A DNA stretch of 32,000 nucleotides from Corynebacterium amycolatum (GTDB lineage: Bacteria; Actinomycetota; Actinomycetes; Mycobacteriales; Mycobacteriaceae): the NCBI RefSeq assembly GCF_049243625.1, contig NZ_CP046975.1; one strand, 5' to 3'. The notes beneath the pieces are model-generated. The model ran no database searches and was not told the origin of the DNA. It saw only the letters and a program-made list of their open reading frames with translations. Positions 8,949 to 17,474 of the stretch are shown piece after piece (the stretch's first letter is position 1; each line of letters opens with the position of its first letter). A program made the translations under genes and the position numbers.

Positions 8949-9964
8949 CGCGCCGCACCCCCTGCGTTCATCGATATGAATACCTCGTTGAGGGTGGGCG
9001 GCGACACGCTCAGCGAATCCGGCAACGCTTCCGAGGCCTCCATCGCCTGCGCCACCGCCTCGAGGACCCGCGGTCCGGGGTCGACGTCGAGGGACACCGA
9101 CTTCCCCGCGACGCGGGCGCCGTCCAGGCACGTTCCTCCGAGGCAGCGGGCGAACGCCTCCGCCTCGGCGGTGGTGGCAAAGGACACGCGGAGCACGTGC
9201 GACCCGAAGTCGCGGCGCAATTCCTCCGGCGTTCCGCTGGCGACGATGCGGCGATCCTTGAGCAGATGGACGTGGTCGGCCAGCGCCTCCGCCTCTTCCA
9301 GGTACTGGGTGGTCAGCACCAGGGTCATTCCGTCGTCTCGCAGCTGCCGGATGAAGCCCCACAGCTCTTCGCGGCTGACCGGATCCAGCCCCGTCGTGGG
9401 TTCGTCGAGGAACAGCAGCCTGGGCACGACGCACAGCGACGCGGCGATGTCGAGGCGGCGCCGCATGCCACCCGAATAGGCCGACGCCAGCGTCGAGGCA
9501 CTGTCTGCGAGCGAGAATTGCGCGAGCAGTTCCGTCGCGCGGGCGGCCGCGGCGGCGCGGTCGAGTCCGCGCAGCCGCCCGAAGAACTCCAGGTTCTCCC
9601 GGCCGGTGAGGTTCTCGTCGATCGCCGCGAATTGGCCGGTGGTGGCAATGTCAGCGCGCACGCCCGCCGGGTTCTCTTTCACATCGCGCGAGAAGATGCT
9701 CACCTCGCCGGAGTCGGCGGTGATGAGCGTCGACAGGATTCGGATGAGGGTGGTCTTGCCTGCGCCGTTGTGACCGAGGAACGACACGATCGCCCCGGCG
9801 GGCACGGTGAAACTCACGCCGTCGAGCACATGCTTGCGCATCCGGGCACCGCGCTTTCCCTTGCGCCCGCCTTCGGGCGGGGTGCCCGCTTTGCCCGCAA
9901 TCGGGTAGCTCTTCGTGAGGTCGCGTACGACGATCGCCGCACCTCGTTCAGCTTGATCCGTCAT
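8945..9964 (-). CDS. ABC transporter ATP-binding protein (DrrA / ABC-2 subfamily)
   Basis: The 339-aa ORF has Walker A GHNGAGKTT, signature YSGGMRRRL, Walker B LLFLDEPTTGLD and H-loop LTTQYLEE, plus a C-terminal regulatory-type extension. There is an ATGA overlap with the upstream gene (9961-9964). Confidence 0.9.
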   Translation of the reverse strand: MTDQAERGAAIVVRDLTKSYPIAGKAGTPPEGGRKGKRGARMRKHVLDGVSFTVPAGAIVSFLGHNGAGKTTLIRILSTLITADSGEVSIFSRDVKENPAGVRADIATTGQFAAIDENLTGRENLEFFGRLRGLDRAAAAARATELLAQFSLADSASTLASAYSGGMRRRLDIAASLCVVPRLLFLDEPTTGLDPVSREELWGFIRQLRDDGMTLVLTTQYLEEAEALADHVHLLKDRRIVASGTPEELRRDFGSHVLRVSFATTAEAEAFARCLGGTCLDGARVAGKSVSLDVDPGPRVLEAVAQAMEASEALPDSLSVSPPTLNEVFISMNAGGAAR

Positions 9965-11139
9965 CGTTTCCCCTTTTCTTTGGTATCGCAGTGGGCCGCT
10001 GTCGGCAGCGGCCCCGTGGTCGGGTTGTCATGCGGCACCTCGATATGGATGCCCGCATCGCGGGCGAAGGCGAGGACCGGTTCGAGGAGCCGGGGGTGGC
10101 CGACGAGATCCCGGCACCCCGGCGCGACCGGCTTCCCCGCGACCGCCACAACGGTGGCGGCAGCAATCGCCGCGGTCATTTTGTAGGAACCCGGGCCGGT
10201 CGCCCGGACGACGGTCGTCTCGGCCGCCGGGCCCGCATCGCCCGCGCCGGCGGACGACAGTGCGACGACCAGCTCGGCGGGTTGCGGAGTGCCCTTCGCC
10301 CGCGCCTTCCGCGATGTCACGGCCGCCCCGAGACGGGCGAGCAGACCGGAGACAACGGGCATCGAGTACAGTCTCGACGTGCGGATTTTCTCCACCGACT
10401 CATCGGGGAGGGCATCGAAGGCGACGTGGTAGGAATATCCACGGATCGAGGGGCACACCTCGCGTACGACGTCGATGTCCGGGCATTCGTAGCTGATTCC
10501 GCTTTGCGACGACACCGGGTTGCGCCGCACCTCGACGATGGTGCCGCCGAGCATCGTGCGGTATCCGCCGCGGATAGTCCGGAACATTGACTCGACCGCC
10601 GCGGCCCCGGATTCCTGGTCGGCGCCGATTCGCAGATCGACCCGCACATCGCGGACCTCTTCGGCGCCCGCGGCGCGGGCCCCGAGCACCAACAGGGCCG
10701 TCGACAAGCCCGGGCACAGACCGAACCCGGTGAGCACGGGAACCCCCTCCCGCCGGGCATCCCCGTCGAGGGCCATGATCGCGCGGCGGGCGTCGATCGA
10801 ATCGTTGACGTCGATGTACCCGGTGCCTGAGTCGATGCAAGCACGGGCGAGTGAGTCTGCGTGCACCTCGAACGGGCCGGTGCAGTTGACCACCCAATCG
10901 TGTTTGCGGAAGACCCTGCAGATCTCGTTGTGGCCGGCGGCGATCCTCAGCGGGAAGTGCCGCCCCGGGCCATCGTCTGGCTTCTGCCGGGAAGTGTAGG
11001 CCAGCTCAATCCCGTCGACGACGCCGAGCATCCCCCGGACGAGCCGTCCGGTGACGCCGGTACCTCCGGCCACCAGCACTTTCACGGGTTCGCCCGCGTC
11101 GCGGTCCCGTGCTTCCCCGCCGTTTCGTCGGTCAGTCAT
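9961..11139 (-). CDS. Saccharopine-dehydrogenase-like NAD(P)-binding oxidoreductase (candidate tailoring reductase)
   Basis: The 392-aa ORF has an N-terminal Rossmann motif VKVLVAGGTGVTGRLV. The layout NCTGPF...GTGYIDVND...VPVLTGFGLCPGLS resembles the saccharopine dehydrogenase NADP-binding family. Its ATG at 11139 overlaps the NRPS stop by 8 nt. Confidence 0.7.
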   Translation of the reverse strand: MTDRRNGGEARDRDAGEPVKVLVAGGTGVTGRLVRGMLGVVDGIELAYTSRQKPDDGPGRHFPLRIAAGHNEICRVFRKHDWVVNCTGPFEVHADSLARACIDSGTGYIDVNDSIDARRAIMALDGDARREGVPVLTGFGLCPGLSTALLVLGARAAGAEEVRDVRVDLRIGADQESGAAAVESMFRTIRGGYRTMLGGTIVEVRRNPVSSQSGISYECPDIDVVREVCPSIRGYSYHVAFDALPDESVEKIRTSRLYSMPVVSGLLARLGAAVTSRKARAKGTPQPAELVVALSSAGAGDAGPAAETTVVRATGPGSYKMTAAIAAATVVAVAGKPVAPGCRDLVGHPRLLEPVLAFARDAGIHIEVPHDNPTTGPLPTAAHCDTKEKGKR

Positions 11140-14100
11140 TTTCCATCTCGTTTCCCCGGTCCCGCGACCGGTCGATTCCTTCGGACGACGGGTCCGCTGC
11201 CCTGTCGTCCGTTTCCGGCGCTCGGCGCCGGCGTTCGATGTACTCCCCGATGAGGGCCCCGGTCAGCGCGGCATCCTCTCCGAGGACGAACGAATAGTGG
11301 TTTCCCGCGACGCTGGCGACGCAGAGGTCATCGACGAGGTGGTCCCGCCACTGGTCGTGGTTGTGAGCCTCGCCGTCATCGGGGAGAACGAACAGCGCCT
11401 CCCTCACCCGACCCTCGGGCCGGTACCGGGTGCGGGCATCGATGAGCGAGCGCAGCGAGTTGAACTCCGTCGCCGTCACCCGGTCGCCGGAAAGCCCAAG
11501 GTCCTCCAGGAGCGTCGGTGCGACTGCTGCGGCCAGGGCACGCAGACGGGCCCCCCGTTCCTCGTCGGTCTCATCGACCCCGCCGAACTCCGCCCAGAGG
11601 CGGGCAACCGGCGTTCCGTGCGGGAGATCGGCGATCGAGGGCACCACCCGGGACAGCAGCCCCTTTTCGGATTCCGCGCCGAAATCCCCGACGTCGACCG
11701 CGATCCCCGGAGCCAGGCTGTCGAGAAACACCAGCGCGGGATCAAGATCGGCCAAACGGAGCACCATCTCGGCCGCGATGGTGCCGCCGAGGCTCCATCC
11801 GACGATCGCCGGGGCGGCACCGTCGACGAGCACCTCGCGGACCCGGCCCGAGTAGTGGGCCGCGATGTCGCCGATGCCGATGGCGTGGGGGAATGGTCTC
11901 TCGAACTCCGCGAAGCCGACGCCCCACACCTGCCCGCCACCGGGGATCGCGAGGGCCAGGTCTCGGTAGATGTCGACGGTGCCGAATCCGCCGTGGACGA
12001 GGAAGATCGGGTGCGCCTCATCGCCGCTGCGCAATAGGACCAGCGAACGGTCCGCGGCCGACGCGCCGGGATCATCCGCGTCCCGCCGGTCGGTCGGCGT
12101 GGCCGTCGACTGGCCGACGAGCTCGGCCACGCCACGTGGCGTCGGCTTGGCCAGCGCTTCCGCGAGCGGCACCGATGCCCCGGTGATGTCCTGGATCCGC
12201 TGCATCAGATTCACGAATCCCAGGGAGTCGTAGCCGAGGAGGAACAGGTCGTCGTCCGCGCCGGCTTCGGCGCCGCCTAGGTCGGCCCGGACCATCCCGG
12301 TGATGACCGTCAGGTATTCGCGAACTCGGCCCATCAGGTCCCCGGATGCGATCCTCGAGATCGCGCCCGACCTGTCGCGCTCCGCCGATGACGCGCCCGC
12401 GACGCCGTCGCCGATCGCCCCACCGCTGGAAGAAGTGCCCCCGACCGCCAGACGCAGGCGCCGAACCTGGCCGACGCTCAGCGGCGCCGCTTCGGGGCAG
12501 CCCCCGGCGAAGCCCGACACCGACCTGATGTAGTGGTCGAAGATGTCCTCCACCAGTTCCGGTTCCAGGATCTGCTCGACGAAATCCCAGGCGACGTTGA
12601 TACGCCCGCCAACTTCCATCACTTGGTTGTCCAACAGCACCTGCGGGGTCTGGGAGATGGCGTAATCGACGTCACCCAGGACGTGGGCGCCCCTGCCCGA
12701 GCCATCGCCTGCCGCGGAACCCTCGCCGAACAGCAACGAGGTGTACACGAACGGCGCGATGGCCTGTCCGACGGGCAGACCCCGGTGGCGCGCGATGGCG
12801 CCGAGCAACGACACCCCGGAGTACCCGGCCGCCATGTGCCCGAGCAGCCGGTCGCGCAGTTCCGCCGTCCACCAACGGAGGTCATAGTCGGCGGCCGCTT
12901 TCACCGGCATCAGAATGACGCCGGTGAAATCACCGAAGACGCCGGCGAAGTCGGCGATTTCGGGATCACGGTTGTACGTGGTGATGTTGATGCCGACCGA
13001 ATCCCCCCTCGACCACAGCGACAGGCTCGTCGCATAGCAGGCGAGAAGCAGTGCGGACACGCTGCCGTCGGCGGCGCTGGCCCGTTCCCGCAACAGTGCG
13101 GTTTCCTCAGCGGTGAACGTGTGCGACAGGCGACGCATCCGCGGCACATCCACGTCCACGGCCGCACCGATTGATGGAAGGGTGTTGCCGGGCGGGAAGT
13201 CCTCGACCACTGTCCGAGTCAACGTCTCATCGCCACGCCCGACCGCCGAAGCCTCCCGGCGCTTCATCTCCAAGACGTACGTGCGGTAGTCGCCGGTGAC
13301 GGGCGGAAGCTCCGTTCCCCGGTACAGCTTGTCCAGGTCGTCGATGAAAATCCGTTGGCTCGCCCCGTCTCCGATGATCATGTCCACGCTGAAGAACAGG
13401 CGGTGCCGCCCGTCCGGGAGCGCGAACGCCGACAGATGGAACAAGGGCCAGCTGCCCAAATCGAATACCTGGTGGCTCAACTCATCGCGCTTGCGCCGCA
13501 CCGCCTCGACCACGGTCGCCTCATCGGCGGCCCGGTAGTCGGCGACGGCAATGCGGTAGCGCGGAACCTCCGGCAGGATCCGCTGCGTGGCTTGTGCGGT
13601 GAACACGACGCGCAGCATCGGATGCCTGCGGATGAGGTTGTCGAGGGCGTCCTCCAGGCGGTCGATGTCGGTACCGGGTTCGGTGACGGATTCGATGTAG
13701 TAGTGCTCGGTGACGCCGCCCAGCTCGAACCCGGAGTTCCGGCCGACGTAGTAGGCCTTCTGCATGTCGGTCAGGGGGAACGGCGCGTGGGGGTCGTCCC
13801 CGAATTGTTCCACCGGATCCTTCCCGTGGGCACTCGCGGAGGATTCTCGGACGCCTCCTGCGACTGAACCGGCACCGCCGGCACAATCGAGGGAAGACAC
13901 TGCCTCGGCGACGGCTTCAGACTCGGCACCGGACTCCCGCATGGCCTCCGAGACAAGGCCGGCGATGTGCGCGATGGTCGGGTCGGCGATGACGTCGCGG
14001 AAACGGAGCCGGACGCCCGTCTTCTGCCGGATCGCGCGCATCATAACCTGGAATTGCAGGGAATCGCCGCCGCGGCGGAAGAAGGACTCTCCCGCGCCGC

Positions 14101-17100
14101 ACGCCGGATCCGCCGCACTCGTCGACGGGGCTTCCCCGAGGATCTCGTCGAAGACTCCGGACACCAACTCGATCGCCCCGGGGACGGCGACGGAACCATC
14201 CGCGCCCGCGGCTCCGGCCTCCGCCCCGGCGACCTCGCCATCGGCCGTTGCCCCGCCGCCCGCGGCGCCGACGTGCCTACGAATTTCCTCCTGATCCAGT
14301 TTCCCGTTGACGGTGACGGGCAGGTGCGCCACGGGCAGCAGGACCGTCGGTACCATGTACGCTGGCAAGCAGCGGGCGAGCTCGGCCCGGACGACATCCC
14401 GCGAGCCGGTCATGTCGTCCGCCGGAACGTAAAGGCACGCCAGGAGTCCCCGACCGCCCGATTCGACGACCGCCGCCATCGACGCGGTCACCAGGCCGGA
14501 CCGCTCGAGGACCGATTCGATTTCTCCGAGTTCGACGCGGAAGCCCGCGATTTTCACCTGACGATCGCGGCGGCCGAGAAATTCCACGAAACCCTCCGCG
14601 TTGAAGATGCCCACGTCTCCGGTCCGGTAGCAGCGCCCGATGCCTGGGACATCCACGAAGGCGGCAGCGGTCCGCTCTGGATCGGCCGCATACCCCTGCG
14701 CGACGCCGAGACCGCTGATGTGGATTTCCCCCGGCACGCCGACGGGGCAATGCACCCCGTCGGGCGCGAGCACGTGAATGCCCTGGTTCGCCAGCGGGTA
14801 CCCGTAGGGAATGCGGTTTTCCAGGCTGTCGCGTTGCAGCGGGCAGTAGATGGACCAAATGCTTCCTTCGGTCGCACCGCCGAGGCTATTGATCGACGCG
14901 TTCGGGAACATGTCCATGGCGCGCGCCGGAAGCCCCGCTGCGATGCGATCGCCGCTAAGCAATACGGTGCGCACATCCGGGAACACGTCGTCGTCCGACG
15001 CCCGGACCAGGGCGAGCTCCAAAAGGGCGGGCGCGGAGTTCCACAGCGTGACCCGCTCTTCCCGCAAGACGTCGAGGATTTCATCGGCGTCGCGCTCGTC
15101 TCCGACCATCGTCACCGTCGCGCCTGCCGCAAACGCCCCGAACACGTCGTAGACCGACAGGTCGAATCCCAGCGACGACAATCCGATGATGCAATCGGCG
15201 GAGGTGACCCCATACCGCCGGTTCACGTCGAGGATGGTGTTGATGCAGTTGCGGTGACTGATCCGCACACCCTTTGGCCGGCCCGTCGTCCCCGAGGTGA
15301 AGATGACGTAGGCAAGGTCGTCAGGGGCAGTGCCAAGCGAAGGGTGCGCACCCGCGCTGCCCGCGCGGTCGCAGACTTCCGCGGCTGCGGGCTTGCCGAC
15401 GCCCGCCACTCCGCTTTGGTCCAGTTCATCGATCACGCCGGTGTCCAGAATCGGGCCCGACGCACCTGAGGCTTCCACGACGTATTCCTGTCGCTGGGCC
15501 GGCATGCCCGCGTCGACGGGCACGAATGCGGCTCCCGCACGCAATGCGCCGACCATGTTGACGATGTCGTCGGGATGCTTGGTGTAGCGCACGATCACCG
15601 CGTCCCCCGCCCCGACGCCGGAATCTGAGAGATGGCGGGCGATGCGTCCGGCCCGGGCCCAGACCTCGGCGTAGGTGTACGAGATGCCCCGGGCGGCGAG
15701 GCGCACGGCCGGCGCGTCCGGAGTCGCCGCGTATGCGGCTTCGACAAGCGAAACCAGGGTGTCATCGTGGATCGGGCCCGCAGCGTCGTTGTAGCGGGCG
15801 ACGGCCCCCTCCGTCTCCGCATGACGGATGGGCAGAGCCTCTCCCCCCTCCGCCACCACGTCCAGGGCCTCCGCAACGGCCCCGAACATCGCATCTACCG
15901 CGGGGAAGTAATCGTCGACCACGTCCCACGACAACGTCATCCCGCCCGATGCCGGCATCACTTGGATGTCGAGGCACACCTGCGCGGTTTGCGTGTAGAT
16001 GCGTTCGATGACTGGGCTGCGCCCGCTGCCCCGCTCGCCGCCGAGGTAGCTGGTGAACACCACCGGAGCAGTGGCCTGGGTCTGATTGGCCGCGTCCCGG
16101 AGGAATCGCTGTAGCACCTCCACACCGGAAACGCCGCGGTGGGACAGCCCTTCGCGAATGTCCAGGTCGATCGCCTCCGCCAACCCGTCGATGGTCGCGG
16201 CTCTCCCGGCGTCGACGCCGACGAGCATCGATGAAGTGAAATCTCCCATCACCCTCGTGCCCGCGGCGAGGCCGCTGCGTTCGCTGACAGTCACGTTGAC
16301 CGTCAACGCCGATTCGGGCAGCCACCTGCAGACGACGGCGGCGTTGACGGCCATTACCAGCGACGACAGGGTAACTCCAATGCGGCGGGCCCGTTCGCCG
16401 AGCTTGGCGGTGATCTCCGCGTCGAGCACCGTGCCCAAGCGCCGGGTCGACCAATCGTCGTCACCCCTCACGGCCGCCGGGAACTCCGGGCGCCGCGGCA
16501 GATCTGCGGCCTTCTTCTCCCAATAGGCGAGGTCCTCGGCTCGTTTCCCGTCGCGCCGGCGCGCAGAGATTGCCGCCAGGGCATCCCCATATCTGGAAGC
16601 CGGAGCCGGCGGCTCCCCGGCCAGCAGGGATTCGAGCTCGTCGAAGAACAGGTACACCGAACCCGCATCCATGACGATCATGTTGAAGTAGATGAACATC
16701 CTGCACCCGCCCGCATCTGCGAGCAGCCTCGCGGCGACCATGGGACCGTCCTCGTTCGACGATCGCGCCGCGGTTCGCATGTCCCGACGGATCTCCCCCA
16801 CCGCCGCGTCGACATCGTCGCCGGACCCGACTACCTCGACGGTGGCGAGGCACGCGCCGGTCGGGCTCAAGACCCCGGCATCGACATCGAGCCGATGGAA
16901 CAGCACGTCGTGACGCCCGAAGACCGTCCGCACGGCCTCCTCCACCTGCGGCAACGAATAGTCGTGCCGGGATTCCGCGTAAATGTACGTCGCTTGGCCG
17001 CCAAGCTCGATGTCCTCGTCCGCGCCGAGCAGGTAGGCGGTCTGGATTGGATTGAGCGGGACCGCATCCGCGGGACCGGCCCCATTTTTGCCGGCACAGC

Positions 17101-17470
17101 CGTCATCCGACTCACCCGTCGCTACAGCGGGGTCGGCCCCGGCAGCGGCGCCTGCGGCAGATCCGGCATCAGCGCCACCCCGGGCGGCGTCGATGACGGC
17201 CGCCAAATCAGCGACCGTGACCCCGGGGTCCATCGCCCCGTAATCGATGGTGACCCCGTACTCGTCCTCCAGCGCCAGCAGCATCTGGAGGAAAGTCAGG
17301 GAGTTCGGGATGTGGTCGCGGAGTTTCACGTCCGCCGAATCCAGGTGCACGCCGATGGCGTCGGCGATGGACTCCGACAGCCTTTCGGGGGCGACTCGGG
17401 CCCCGGTGCGGGCTTCTCCCACGGCGGTAGATGCGACGGCCGGCGCGATCGTTTCATTGGTCATCGTCAT
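11132..17470 (-). CDS. Non-ribosomal peptide synthetase, domain order T-Cy-A(Cys)-T-Cy-T-TE (HMWP2/PchEF-like)
   Basis: A single 2112-aa ORF. All NRPS core motifs are readable in the translation (see domain features below). The start ATG at 17470 lies 4 nt after the stop of the acyl-AMP ligase gene. Confidence 0.95.
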   Translation of the reverse strand: MTMTNETIAPAVASTAVGEARTGARVAPERLSESIADAIGVHLDSADVKLRDHIPNSLTFLQMLLALEDEYGVTIDYGAMDPGVTVADLAAVIDAARGGADAGSAAGAAAGADPAVATGESDDGCAGKNGAGPADAVPLNPIQTAYLLGADEDIELGGQATYIYAESRHDYSLPQVEEAVRTVFGRHDVLFHRLDVDAGVLSPTGACLATVEVVGSGDDVDAAVGEIRRDMRTAARSSNEDGPMVAARLLADAGGCRMFIYFNMIVMDAGSVYLFFDELESLLAGEPPAPASRYGDALAAISARRRDGKRAEDLAYWEKKAADLPRRPEFPAAVRGDDDWSTRRLGTVLDAEITAKLGERARRIGVTLSSLVMAVNAAVVCRWLPESALTVNVTVSERSGLAAGTRVMGDFTSSMLVGVDAGRAATIDGLAEAIDLDIREGLSHRGVSGVEVLQRFLRDAANQTQATAPVVFTSYLGGERGSGRSPVIERIYTQTAQVCLDIQVMPASGGMTLSWDVVDDYFPAVDAMFGAVAEALDVVAEGGEALPIRHAETEGAVARYNDAAGPIHDDTLVSLVEAAYAATPDAPAVRLAARGISYTYAEVWARAGRIARHLSDSGVGAGDAVIVRYTKHPDDIVNMVGALRAGAAFVPVDAGMPAQRQEYVVEASGASGPILDTGVIDELDQSGVAGVGKPAAAEVCDRAGSAGAHPSLGTAPDDLAYVIFTSGTTGRPKGVRISHRNCINTILDVNRRYGVTSADCIIGLSSLGFDLSVYDVFGAFAAGATVTMVGDERDADEILDVLREERVTLWNSAPALLELALVRASDDDVFPDVRTVLLSGDRIAAGLPARAMDMFPNASINSLGGATEGSIWSIYCPLQRDSLENRIPYGYPLANQGIHVLAPDGVHCPVGVPGEIHISGLGVAQGYAADPERTAAAFVDVPGIGRCYRTGDVGIFNAEGFVEFLGRRDRQVKIAGFRVELGEIESVLERSGLVTASMAAVVESGGRGLLACLYVPADDMTGSRDVVRAELARCLPAYMVPTVLLPVAHLPVTVNGKLDQEEIRRHVGAAGGGATADGEVAGAEAGAAGADGSVAVPGAIELVSGVFDEILGEAPSTSAADPACGAGESFFRRGGDSLQFQVMMRAIRQKTGVRLRFRDVIADPTIAHIAGLVSEAMRESGAESEAVAEAVSSLDCAGGAGSVAGGVRESSASAHGKDPVEQFGDDPHAPFPLTDMQKAYYVGRNSGFELGGVTEHYYIESVTEPGTDIDRLEDALDNLIRRHPMLRVVFTAQATQRILPEVPRYRIAVADYRAADEATVVEAVRRKRDELSHQVFDLGSWPLFHLSAFALPDGRHRLFFSVDMIIGDGASQRIFIDDLDKLYRGTELPPVTGDYRTYVLEMKRREASAVGRGDETLTRTVVEDFPPGNTLPSIGAAVDVDVPRMRRLSHTFTAEETALLRERASAADGSVSALLLACYATSLSLWSRGDSVGINITTYNRDPEIADFAGVFGDFTGVILMPVKAAADYDLRWWTAELRDRLLGHMAAGYSGVSLLGAIARHRGLPVGQAIAPFVYTSLLFGEGSAAGDGSGRGAHVLGDVDYAISQTPQVLLDNQVMEVGGRINVAWDFVEQILEPELVEDIFDHYIRSVSGFAGGCPEAAPLSVGQVRRLRLAVGGTSSSGGAIGDGVAGASSAERDRSGAISRIASGDLMGRVREYLTVITGMVRADLGGAEAGADDDLFLLGYDSLGFVNLMQRIQDITGASVPLAEALAKPTPRGVAELVGQSTATPTDRRDADDPGASAADRSLVLLRSGDEAHPIFLVHGGFGTVDIYRDLALAIPGGGQVWGVGFAEFERPFPHAIGIGDIAAHYSGRVREVLVDGAAPAIVGWSLGGTIAAEMVLRLADLDPALVFLDSLAPGIAVDVGDFGAESEKGLLSRVVPSIADLPHGTPVARLWAEFGGVDETDEERGARLRALAAAVAPTLLEDLGLSGDRVTATEFNSLRSLIDARTRYRPEGRVREALFVLPDDGEAHNHDQWRDHLVDDLCVASVAGNHYSFVLGEDAALTGALIGEYIERRRRAPETDDRAADPSSEGIDRSRDRGNEMEND
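11246..12049 (-). other. NRPS domain TE: type I thioesterase
   Basis: Spans aa ~1808-2075. Motifs are PIFLVHGGFG, nucleophile elbow GWSLGG (Ser1893), FLDS (candidate Asp1917) and GNHYSF (candidate His2058). Confidence 0.85.
12116..12337 (-). other. NRPS domain T2: peptidyl carrier domain
   Basis: Spans aa ~1712-1785, with motif LFLLGYDSLGFVNLM (Ser1749). Confidence 0.85.
12506..13786 (-). other. NRPS domain Cy2: canonical heterocyclization domain
   Basis: Spans aa ~1229-1655. Motifs are FPLTDMQKAYYVGR, DMIIGD (DxxxxD, aa 1363-1368), VFGDFTG, APFVYTSLL and SQTPQVLLDNQ. Confidence 0.88.
13946..14179 (-). other. NRPS domain T1: peptidyl carrier domain
   Basis: Spans aa ~1098-1175, with motif FFRRGGDSLQFQVMM (Ser1137). 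Confidence 0.85.
14276..15778 (-). other. NRPS domain A: adenylation domain, cysteine-type specificity code
   Basis: Spans aa ~565-1065. Motifs are A3 YVIFTSGTTGRPKG, A4 FDLSVYD, A5 NSLGGATEGSIWS, A7 YRTGD, A8 GRRDRQVKIAGFRVELGEIE and A10 NGKLD. Hand alignment to GrsA-PheA numbering gives the code D-L-Y-N-L-S-L-I-W-K, the classic Cys code. There is no methyltransferase or epimerase insert between A8 and A10. Confidence 0.85.
15806..17062 (-). other. NRPS domain Cy1: heterocyclization-type condensation domain, variant active-site motif
   Basis: Spans aa ~137-555. Motifs are VPLNPIQTAYLLGA (the Cy N-terminal motif lacking the GR), NMIVMD in place of DxxxxD (aa 263-268, nt 16667-16684), VMGDFTSS, APVVFTSYLGG and TQTAQVCLDIQ. 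Confidence 0.8.
17177..17398 (-). other. NRPS domain T0: N-terminal acyl/aryl carrier domain
   Basis: Spans aa ~25-98. The phosphopantetheine site motif is HIPNSLTFLQMLLALEDEYG (Ser57), with N in place of the usual D/G before SL. Boundaries are approximate. Confidence 0.75.
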
Positions 17471-17474
17471 CGCC

